Source: Octopus bimaculoides (Eukaryota). From it: 60,623 bases of DNA. Shown one piece after another: positions 36,200 to 47,170 of the stretch. Made by a program: the position numbers and the translations under genes. The notes beneath the pieces were generated by a model. That model was not told the origin of the DNA, ran no database searches, and was given only the letters and a program-made list of their open reading frames with translations. Each line of letters starts with the position of its first letter. Positions within the stretch are counted from its first letter, which is position 1. The stretch is taken from NCBI RefSeq assembly GCF_001194135.2, contig NC_068995.1, positions 55,579,764-55,640,386 of the forward strand, in the 5' to 3' direction.

Positions 36200-36770
36200 A
36201 GTCAATATGGTTGAGAAGCTCGCTTTGCAACCTCATGGTTTCTAGTTCCCTCTCACTTCGAAGCATCTTAGGGTAGGTGTCCTCTACCATAATTCCAGGC
36301 CAACCAATGCGTTGGCAGAGACTTTGGTAGGCAGAAAATTTGTGAAAGCCCGTCGTATATATGTCTTTAAGTGTGTGTTGGGGTGGGGGGTTGTGTGTGT
36401 ATGTTTGTGTGGGTATGTGTGGGTTTGTGTGTGTGTGTATGTGTGTTTATGCGCGTGTGTGTGCGCGTGTGTGTGCGTGTGTGTGCGTGTGTGTGTCTGT
36501 AAGTTTGTGAGTCTGTGTGTGTGCGTGTTTGTGTGCGTGCATGTGTGTGTGTGTATGTGTGTGTGTGTGCGTGCGTGTGTGTGTATGTGTGTGTGTTTGT
36601 TCTCCACCGGTGTTGTTTTGTTTACGTCCTCCTGAGCTGGTGAATGTGACCAATAGAATAAGTACAAGACTTTGCAAAATAGGTACTGGAATCAATTTGT
36701 TAGACTAAACCCTTGAAGGTGCTGCCCCAGCATGGCCACCGTCAAATACCGAAAGAAGTAAAAGATAAAA
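36200..36770 (+). mobile_element. SINE family B, full length, with an expanded internal (TG)-type microsatellite
   Basis: Head at about 36200-36360 (gaagctcgctttgcaacc..aagcccgtcgtatat), about 230 bp of degenerate TG repeat, then tail at 36600-36770 (gaataagtac..gctgccccagcatggccaccgtcaaat..gtaaaagataaaa). Confidence 0.8.
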
Positions 36771-37671
36771 CATACAATCCATTCTTGTTCCATAAATTTA
36801 ACATTTCTTTTTAAAAGAAAATTCGTCTATTTACTGAACGGGTCACTTTTCACCTGGAGACGGAGTCATAACGTAACTGAAATGATTCTCTCTTTCTCTC
36901 ACCACCACCTTTTCTCTCTCTTTCTCTTCTCCTACAACTGTGCAAACACTAAGGAATTGCAGGCAGCTATCTCAAGTTTGTTTACTCTTCCTAATACTGA
37001 CGAAAGAGAGTGTTTTACTTTATCTACATCGCTGCTAGTTTGCAGGAGAAATCACATACATACATGCATGCATACATACATTGATACGTACATACATACA
37101 TACATACATACATACATACATACATACATACATACATACATACATACATACTGCTTCGAAACCTCCAGCTTCTATATCCAGACTATGAATTCATACCCTT
37201 ACCAATAATAATTGGAGCTCTAAGTTTTGTTAGTAAATGCTTAAAGGATAATCTGGATAAACTGGGAATCTCAGAAAGAGAAATCGACCGGCTGATTCGT
37301 ACAAGTGCAACCTGTGAGTGGAACAGTAAAAATATGCAAGACTTTTCTCAAGTTCCAAATGTGAATTTGTCTGTGTTAACTTCATCCCAAAGATGGAGCA
37401 TTGTATCTTTGTTGGAAACCGATTCCCCTCTCGGTGGAAGATTTATAATAATTAAAAAAATAAAAGAGACATACATACTCATGTACGTGTTCGTGAGTGT
37501 GTGTGCGCGCGCTTGTGTATATGCATATGAAGTCTGACGTCACTGATCCATTTGCGTTGCCATAGGATCTATCGAATCCTCATACGCTTGCAACTTCGTA
37601 TCTTCAATTAGCCTTGTCAAGAATGTTAACTTCATCAAGTATTTTTAGTCAATTAAAAAAAGAACTCAGAT

Positions 37672-37748
<77 letters not shown>

Positions 37749-39486
37749 ACTGAGATAAAGCAAATAGAAAAATATGCATTTCGGATTGGGTCAAGTTCCC
37801 TCACTAGAATATTGCAACGTTAAACGCTTTACCGGCAATTCTGCTACCAGCGACTGGTTCGGGGTAGTATTATAAAGNNNNNNNNNNNNNNNNNNNNNNN
37901 NNNNNNNNNNNNNNNNNNNNNNNNNNNNNNNNNNNNNNNNNNNNNNNNNNNNNNNNNNNNNNNNNNNNNNNNNNNNNNNNNNNNNNNNNNNNNNNNNNNN
38001 NNNNNNNNNNNNATATAGGCTCGCTTTACTTTCTTGTAACGTTTTGGTCAGAAGAGGGCAAACATTGCAGCTGAGCCCTTATCGGGACCACCCTGACTGA
38101 CAGAAGAAAGAGAGAAGAGGAGGAGTCTTCTTCAAACCGGAAGTGTAGTCCAAAAGCTTACAATAAAACTAACTCCGATAAAGATATCCATGGTTCGGCG
38201 GGGGTGTTAAACCGGACGTTATCACTCAAAAGCATAAACCCTTTCAAATGGTTTCTGCATAGGTTAGGTCCACAAAAGTAGGTGCAAAATACCATAATTA
38301 CATGTGTCTGCTGCAAAAGGAGGAAAATGCTACACTAGCGAGTAGATGTAGAAATAGAGGAAGTTGCTTTGATACGCAGAATCAAATACTAAGAAAGTAG
38401 ATATTATTGAGAATTTAATATCATTAAAAACTTCCTGCTTTGATTGTGCTCTAAAAGTGATTATTATTACGTCGATCATAAAAGTGATTTCATTTTCTGT
38501 TTCCACATCTCAATACGATGAAATAAAGTAATAAAAATTGTCTCGTAATGTTTTTACTGATGCTAATAATCAATCGCAAATCCGATATAATAATAGCCAT
38601 ACCTCGGAATATATCCGATATCGTGTAACAAGAAAGACATCAGTGGAACTTAAATTTCAGCCAAGTTCACGGATAATTATATTTAAATTTCGGTTTACCA
38701 CTGAAGGCGGTGCTCCAGTATGGTTTTGGGCGTGATGGCTAAAACAAACTAAAGAACGAAAGAACTATGAACCACTGAAAGGAAGACCGTTAAAACCAAC
38801 AGTCAATAGGAATATAATCTGACATTAACTATCGATCTCACAGCTAACAATGATTGTACGGTTTTACTTTGACTGTAATATTATACTCAGCAGTTGTTGG
38901 AAACGAAAGGAAAGATCGATGAAAATATGTAGGACAAAGCTGCGAAATGGAAAACAACACGACTAAGACATTCTGCGCATTATTAACCATAAGAATAAAG
39001 TCCGTGAGATCTTTACTACAAACTAACTACGTCTTAATTATAGATTATTGAAAGTCCTTGAGAATTGACAGCTGAGGATACTTGAAGGCTAATAGTCGCC
39101 AGACAAAAAGGAAATCTATTTAGAAAACCAAACGCTTTGTATTTGTATCTGCACGTTTGCTGCGAGTCCACAAGCTAAATACTGAAGAATTTAAGGCTAT
39201 ATTACCTAATTTATAAATACCTCCTGGACCAAAATAAGGAGAGGTGTTTACAGGTAAGAAGATTACAACGTTGATGCATTGCGACTAAACAAAACACAGG
39301 TTGCACATTATAGAAACATTTCTCAAACGACTTATGACATCAGCAAGTTAAAAAGCTACAGTAAAAAGAAAACAAAAACATTGGAAAGGTTCTATGGTTA
39401 TAAGAAACAAGTTATTCTATAGGAACGTTTTCAACAAATTGTTCTCAAGTACGCCAGAAATGTGAATGACAAAAATACATTAGTTC

Positions 39487-39534
39487 GCTAATAACCGAAA
39501 CAGCTAATAACCGAAACAGCTAATAACCGAAAAC
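39487..39534 (+). repeat. 3 x 16-bp tandem repeat GCTAATAACCGAAACA
   Basis: Directly visible with no spacers. A nearby 21-bp tandem duplication lies at 39719-39760. Confidence 0.9.
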
Positions 39535-40328
39535 AACCTGTCCCATGAAAGTTAACACAAATGGTATATATGAACAGCAGAATGTTAAGTAGAGGTCTTC
39601 AGACAATTCTTGGATTAGGTGGGGAATGTGGTAGGAAAACTAGTGGAAAGAAGATAATACGGGTCTTCATGAAACTAGCCGTAGATATTACTTCTTGGAA
39701 GCGAAAAGACCCTGTAAAAATTATTATCCTGTTTTCGTGAATTATTATTCTGTTTTCGTGAAAGAAGTCTATTATGCCTTACATACTAAGGCCACTCCAC
39801 CTTTCAGAATTGTACTGTTGTAGTCAATGTTATTGAAAAAGCAGCTGGAAACATCTACGAGGTCACTTGACATGCTAGAAGTCACACTGCACCCTTTAGA
39901 AAAGTAAATGTTGGATAGTGTGGTTCTGACATCCTAAACATCAGAAAAAGCTGGAATGGTCACCACCACTCGATCGGGATTAACACTCGTTAAATAACAA
40001 CTGGGCTGTTGCTAAAAATAGACCGAAGTATTCCCTGACATAATTTGGCAAATCAGAGAAGCATTGTAGCGTGACAGTAGCAATTCTGCATTGCTGTTTA
40101 TCCAAAGTAATGTCAATAAGATTATTGGTGCCAACAAAATGTCAGTTATATACTTAATGGTAAAGTGGTCGCTTGCACGCCCGATGTAATGAGCCAAGAA
40201 ATTTTAATTAAATTCGAATTACACCTTTAGTGATGAGAATAATCATTGTCTTAATGATTAATTCTTGTCAATAATAAAAACACAATTAAGGCATTTCGGA
40301 ATTTTAATTAATAAAAATTAATTAATCA

Positions 40329-40433
40329 GGCGCAGACATGGGTGTATAGTTAAGAAGCACGCTTTGCAACTACGTGGCTCCGGGTTCGGCCTCACTGCGC
40401 GGCACCATGGGTAAATGTCTTCTGCTATAGAGC
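40329..40433 (+). mobile_element. SINE family B head
   Basis: ggcgcagacatgggtgtatagttaagaag..gggttcgg..gcaccatgggtaaatgtcttctgctatag. Confidence 0.8.
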
Positions 40434-41208
40434 AAGGTATAAACCCGATGTGTGGACCTACACAACTAACGTCCGGACCAAGTTAAGCACCAGTGTGTAT
40501 TTGGGGCAGTATGATGAGCAAAAGAAGTTAACTGTCTTGTCGAAGCATTTGCAGCAGCGGCGGTTCAGATAGTAAATGACTGTCACAAGTCTAGCTTATG
40601 CTCGGCAAACAGTAGTACTAGGAGGAGGAGGAGGAGGAGGAGGAGGAGAAGGAGGAGGTCATCGGCTTCGTTATTGTTTGACGCCATTATAAGTTTTACT
40701 GGTAAGATTATATAAGAAAAAAGAAAGTGAGGGAAAGAGATGACAAGAGTTCGTCCCTCCGTGTTGCGCGAGTGAGAGTATTTGGGTCAGTGAATGAGAT
40801 TATCTTTGCATCGACAAGTACAGTCTGTAGTTAACGACTGGTTTAGCAAGCTGACTCTCTATGTCTCTCTGTTGCAGTGGTGGTGGTGGTGGTGAAGCCA
40901 TGGCGATGAGCTGCTCGGACAGTCACGTCTCGCTGTTGTTGTTCTTCTTCTTGTCTTTGTTGACGCTGCTGCTGCTGTGTTCGCGGTGACGACGGGAGTG
41001 ATTTTTTGTATTGTTGTTGTGGCTGTCGTCATCGTTACTTTCACTGTTGTTGTTGGCGTTAAAAATAAATGCACACACACACACCCTCGCCCAATTTCCC
41101 TCGTTGCGTACATTTACTCTCACCGTAGACAAACCAATTTGAATCTTCATAAAAGGCTATGACCCCCATTCGCCCACTTCGATATTCAGATATGATTTTA
41201 CGCACGTG

Positions 41209-41254
<46 letters not shown>

Positions 41255-42329
41255 TACATCGACTCACAAACTCACACATGTTAACACGCACATATGCACA
41301 CGTATACCTGCACTTGTTTACATAGGGCGTCACCTAAGATCGATTTTAAACAGTGTGACTACATGAGCACAAACCTAAAAAAAGAAAAGAAAGAGAAATA
41401 TAGCTTCGTAGTCAAGAAGTTCGATCTCCAGCCATGTCGTCCCAGATTTTCAAATGACTTCTACTGTAATTTGTGTTGGAATTCGGTCCACAGCAAAAAG
41501 AGGTAACTGCAAACGCATGCACTAAAATCATACACAGCAGCGTAGCTAGGGAGCGAGAACACCGAGGAGGCGGTGTGAGGGCGGGAAGGGGAGGAGTGAG
41601 GAGGGGAGATCCAATCTAGGTGACACTTTGGGCGTAGAGGTCAGAAAGAGCGGCAAATTGGAGGTCAGTGCCAAGCTGACCCTATACACAACCAAAACCA
41701 CAAAACTAGCCTTAAATACTATAAAGAGTTATTCAAATAGATGTGGTGTGCTATGCTTATGACCGTTAATACAAAAGGGTCACCGATCACCCTTAGAACA
41801 CGAGGTGGGTTTAGAAACTTGAATTTGGAACTAAGAAACACGAAGAGGTAGATACAAAGTATTCACATATTCATTTTTCATTTATTGCGAAGTCTTCACA
41901 CTATCCAGTTGATGGTAATCATGTATAGCACTATTTCATTCTTTTTACAAATCTTCAGCATTATTTAAGCTGTAACTTATTAATTAGATATATTACGAAG
42001 AAAATAATTAGCTCTATCAGTAACAAAGACAGTTTACAGAATTTCATGCCACAATAACAATCTCGAATGATATACTTATACTGCAACAACATCGGAAGTT
42101 CTTATCAGATATTTCTCGGACAACTCACACACCACCAAACACACACATACCAAAAAAGAGAAAGAAGCATGAGAACGAAACAGAAATATGCACTTTTTAC
42201 TTTTACCACACTTTCGACCTCCTTCTTCAATCAGATACTTTTGAAACAAGAAAATATAACAGCTCAAAAGCCTCAGAGCCAGAACAGCGAGACATGACTC
42301 CGAGCATCCAAACGAAACGCACCACCAAC

Positions 42330-42450
42330 ATTCTTTTCTACTCTAGGCACAAGGTGATAAAATAAGTACCAGTTATGCACTGGGGTCGATGTGATCGACT
42401 TAGCCCTCCACCGAAATTACCGACCTTGTGTCAAAATTTGAAATCCTTAT
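42330..42450. mobile_element. Fused, oppositely oriented SINE family A 3' ends
   Basis: 42330-42354 is identical to 44702-44726 (minus-strand tail) and is joined directly to a plus-strand tail gataaaataagtaccag..ccttgtgtcaaaatttgaaa. Confidence 0.75.
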
Positions 42451-43683
42451 TATTTATTGTTGCAAGTTAGAATGTGCCGTTTGCTCATTAGGTTGAGACA
42501 TGGTAAACTGCGACCATGGATCGTGGTCACACCTCGTCACAGGACTTCTCGATCAAGAGTGACCAGGGACAACACAACTAAAAAGCAAGAGAATAAAACA
42601 CACCAACACCACTGCTACTAAGTCTCGACATCGTGTGAGTTTCTGTGTAGGCGTGAGAGAGAGAGAGGGGAGAGAGAGAGAGAGAGAGAGTGAAGCAGGC
42701 AGAAGAGAGAAAGATAGTGTGTGTGTGTGTTTGAAGGAATGCAACATAGCTTAACGTTAAATCTTTTGTCAAACCTGGTACAATAACTAATCTATACTGT
42801 GTGTACTTAGTAATATGTCAGTCTTTCTTCTTACTCCTTCTCCTCCTCCTCCTCCTCCTTCTAATACTACTACTACTACTACTACTACAACTACTACTAC
42901 ACATTAGTACTATAGTTTCTATTATTACTATTACTAATAATGGTTGTGGCAATGACGTCGATTAAATGTTTTATGTGAAATTGGCGGCGGCAGTGGTGGG
43001 GCTGGCGGTGAAGGTAACAGTAGTAATTGTGGCAATAGATAATTGTGTCGTCTTTAATTTGAATCGCTGTTTGTCACCTTGCCTTCAGAAAGGTAAAAAT
43101 GTGTTGGTAATACTGTATAAACTCAGATAGTCTGAGTTCAAAACCGCATCAAGCCTTATAACATGAAGCTGGTCTATACAGGTTATATTAAATATCTTTG
43201 TCCATTGCTTGTAAATATATATTCGAGAAACAACTACAAATGCTATTTTAGATAGACAGGGCCAACGAAGTAACTTCTAGAGGGAGATCGAACATGCTAA
43301 AATCTCTACAAAGTGTACCCAACCAATTTGAAACATGAAGGACTCATTCAACAATATAGTCCCTAATATTCAAATATTGGGCAGCACAACAGCTTCAAAT
43401 CCATAAGCATCCTCACCAAGGACACACATGTTTCATGTGATGACATGCAATTTACGCATTTGACTTTTCCTCTTAAAAATGGCCGTTCGGTAGTTTTCCT
43501 TCGTATAACACTATAGTAGAGACTTGCTATAAAGTACCACAGTGTAGGTTTTTTTATTATTATTAGGTTATTATTACAGAAAGTCAAAAGTTATATTATT
43601 CATAATTTTCCGGGGAATGTCAGTAATAACAATCTTTAGAAAAAGTAAGTTTGAGAATATATTATAGTATTGGAAAAATTCTG

Positions 43684-43893
43684 TTTCAAATTTTAGCAGG
43701 AGGCTACCAATTTTATGAGATGTTAGTCGATTGCATCAAGCCCAGTTCTTGGCGGCTGCTTTATTTTATTGGACCCGAAACGATGAGTGGCAAAGTTGAT
43801 TCTCGTCGGGATTTGAACACAGAACGTAAAGAGATGGAAGAAATGCCGCTATGTATTTTATCCGAAGCTGCTAACGATTCTACCAGTTTACCG
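43684..43893 (-). mobile_element. Diverged SINE family A
   Basis: The reverse complement has ctggtagaatcgttagcagc..agcggcatttc..acgttctgtgttcaaatccc..aactttgccactcatcgtttcggg. Confidence 0.75.
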
Positions 43894-44474
43894 TCATTGG
43901 GAGAATACTGCAAACGTCATCGTATATATGATATGAAAACTGAGATCTATATATTTGTATTGTTTATCTGACAAGCGGGGTGGTTCATTTGGTTAGTTCA
44001 AGAAGAATAGAGTTAACGACAGGTTTCGTTCCTCACTAGAAATGTGTCACTTTCTCCACTAAAACCTCCCTGTTTGCCATTCTTCCAGCCACTGATGTGA
44101 ATAGCTCTAATTGGTCTTTCGTGGATATTTCTGTTTGTAATAGATCAAATAGTAAATGACACATTTCATCTCTCTGGTGCGTGGGATGAATGAATATTCA
44201 TCTCTATTGTATATCTAGGGCAAGTCCACCTAACAGAAGATCATCCGGCAGCAGGTTATGAATACAGGAATGAATGAATTTACGACTGCATGCCATTAAA
44301 AAAAGAAAAAAAGAAAACGAGAGAAACAAACAAGAGCCTATTGTACAACGACATGTAAGCGGTCACGTAGATTTAAGTTATTGTTTAAGTCAAGTATTCA
44401 AGAGACGGTTGAGGGTTGGTATTAGAAGATATGTACCGATATGTCTGTACATATGGTTGGCTGATATTTTCACG

Positions 44475-44628
44475 GGTATGTAGATAAGAAGACCGCTTTG
44501 CAGCCAGGTGGTTTCAGGTTCAATCCCTCGGTGAGGAATCTTGGGAAAGTGTCTTTTGCTATAGCTGCGGACCGACTTATACTCTGTGAATGAATTTGGG
44601 AGACGGAAACTGTATCGAAACCCGTCAT
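44475..44628 (+). mobile_element. SINE family B, 5' half
   Basis: taagaagaccgctttgcagcc..ggttcaatcc..cttgggaaagtgtcttttgctatagc..gagacggaaactg..aacccgtcatat. Confidence 0.75.
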
Positions 44629-44701
44629 ATTTATATGATTTAATAAATGCAACATCTAAATGTGAGCTACATTAGTTTTAGGCTCGTATAGCAGAATAAT
44701 T

Positions 44702-44919
44702 ATTCTTTTCTACTCTAGGCACAAGGCCTGAAATCTTTTGGGGGAGGGGGCCAGTCGATTAGATTGACCCAGGTACGCAACTAGTACTTAATTAATCGAC
44801 CTCGAAACGATGAAAAGCAAAGTCGACCTCGTCAGAATTTGAACTTAGAACGTCAAGACAGACGAAATACCGCTAAGCATTTCGCCCGGCGTGCTAACCT
44901 TTCTGCCAGCTCGCCGCCT
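44702..44919 (-). mobile_element. SINE family A, full length, with a 15-bp target-site duplication
   Basis: Reverse complement of the 14760 type; TATAGCAGAATAATT flanks it at 44687-44701 and 44920-44934. Confidence 0.93.
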
Positions 44920-45447
44920 TATAGCAGAATAATTTGTATAATCGGACGGGTTAGCATGGTGTGCTGTCTGCAATTCTGCAATTGTTCAGGATGAAAATAA
45001 ATACGGCTGTTCTCTGANNNNNNNNNNNNNNNNNNNNNNNNNNNNNNNNNNNNNNNNNNNNNNNTATATATATATTATTCAACCGAATAATAAAGAATAA
45101 TTACCTAATATATTTTTATGTAAACAACTATCATATCACTTATTCATATCTCTCTTTACTGTCAATGGAGAAAAGCTTTTACGTGATCTTCCCGCATGAC
45201 TGCCCCATGAGATTCATACATGAATGTTGATCAATCAATCTGTATTTTAACGGATAGCGTTTTCGGTCACATTCCTACATTTTTAACAACAACCAGAATA
45301 GATATAATCAGCGACACAGCCCCACATACTGTATACTTATGAAAATCTAATGTGAAACTGGTAAAGCGTACTCCTATACTTTAAATATAATCAATCCTAA
45401 TTAATTCTAATATATTTGCTGTGCCTGTTCAGCTTCATTTCTTTCAT

Positions 45448-45502
<55 letters not shown>

Positions 45503-45808
45503 TGTATGTATGTTAAATTTTGATCTTTGTGGATCTTAAAATGTCTTTTTGGGGCGTCTGTTATATTTGCAGACCTTCTGGCATACATTGCATTGAAAGG
45601 TGTGCACAGACATATAGGCAGTATAGTTCGTTTTCCATGGGTTCGCAAATATATGTATAATATCCGTGCGAAAACCAAGGATATTAGTTTATCATTGAAA
45701 CGTATAGGTATTTGAAAAATTTTATGAATGAGAAAATGAAGAAAATGGACGTATTGGTCAAACAGCCGATATGAAAGAATACAAAGCACATGCTTAAATT
45801 ACTGCTTT

Positions 45809-45875
45809 AGTGGGATCGAACCTGACACCACATACTTAGGAAGCTCATTTCTTAACAGCAGGGTCATGCCTACGC
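45809..45875 (-). mobile_element. SINE family B head fragment
   Basis: Reverse complement gcgtaggcatgaccctgctgttaagaaatgagcttcc..ggttcgatcccact. Confidence 0.55.
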
Positions 45876-46327
45876 TTTTCGTGTCCACAATGAAACAAAC
45901 AATCAAAATTGTGTTACATCAGCTCCACCTTAATTCACTTTAACTTTTATGACAAATCGTTCCATAAACGGTGCATTAAATTCACGTCTCATTCCTGACT
46001 GAAGATAACAAAATACTGGCTAATAGGGACTATTTACGGGCGTAATAGGTTGAAAGAGAGAGAGAGTATGCGAGTAGAAAGAAGACAACGTATAGAAGAA
46101 ATTCTGAATTTAATAGACATGCAATGGAAATAACAAATCAAATTTAGGAAAAAGAAATAACACAGGATCGTTTTACTGTAATCACTGGTCTTGACTTCGT
46201 CTAAATGCCAATCATTTTCATGTGGGAGAATGTTTGGTAAAAAAAAAATAAAGAAGCGCAAATAAATATATAAGTAGTCCAAGTAATTTGTTGATAATAA
46301 ATGAATGTATTTGTTTGACTTATTTTG

Positions 46328-46363
<36 letters not shown>

Positions 46364-46619
46364 GTATATATGTATATATGTGTGTGTGTATATATATATG
46401 GATATGCATGCCTATGTGCATCTTCATATATTCATATATACATTTATACATATATACATGCATACAAACGTACATATACTAGTCCAAAAACTGCCCATAG
46501 AGTGGACGTTTGGTCTAGTCCCTTCGGAGGTCAGTTGGGCCTCTGTCGTAACGATCGTTAAACTGAAGAATCTATAAAAAGTGAGACATAAATTTGCATA
46601 AATTTAATTGATCATAAAT

Positions 46620-47170
46620 AAGATGCACCATAGGAACACCTCTCTCGTCTTTCCGGTGCCTTCGAACCTTTGTTTTTTAGAGACGCATTGTATTTTAAAT
46701 AACTGCCCAATACTTGATATTATCCTTCCACTTAAGTTTTGATTTACTTCTATTCATTTCTCATCCATTTTACATTCTATTAACCCATTTTTTCTAACTG
46801 TTCAAAATATTTTAGTTTCCTCTTGTTGATGGCACCTAATAAAATTTTGTTAGTTTTTGCCAATTTTATCGCTCCATCATTGGTTGTATGTCCTGTCGGA
46901 TTATATATTCTCAGAAGTTTTCTAAATTCTATGCTGACATCTCAAAGGTTTGTAACCTGTTTGACAATACTTTTGTTAATGTCCACATTTCGGCAACACA
47001 TCCTCCTTTGATCTTCAGAGAGCGCTTCTCTGCGCTAATTGCGTTAACTTATTACAATTAGGAAATTTTTTGTGCATTGAAAATATTTAGCATTTAGTTT
47101 CTATATTCTACTTAAATGGTTTAAAATGGTCCAAGCGAACCGAATACGAGTTTCTAGAGGCGAAATTAGA
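46620..47170 (-). mobile_element. Decayed RTE-clade LINE, post-RT C-terminal region
   Basis: The frameshifted translation AEMWTLTKVLSNRLQTFEM / FRKLLRI..HTTN..LLGAINKRKLKYF / KWKDNIKYW matches the RTE C-terminal pattern ETWTL..RL.AFEM..RRMLRI..KRKL.YFGH..W.D.I..W. Confidence 0.8.

Noticed and set aside
39487-39534. 16-bp direct repeats (also 31772-31835) as CRISPR-like arrays
   Set aside because: Head-to-tail with no spacers, no cas genes, and a eukaryotic context.
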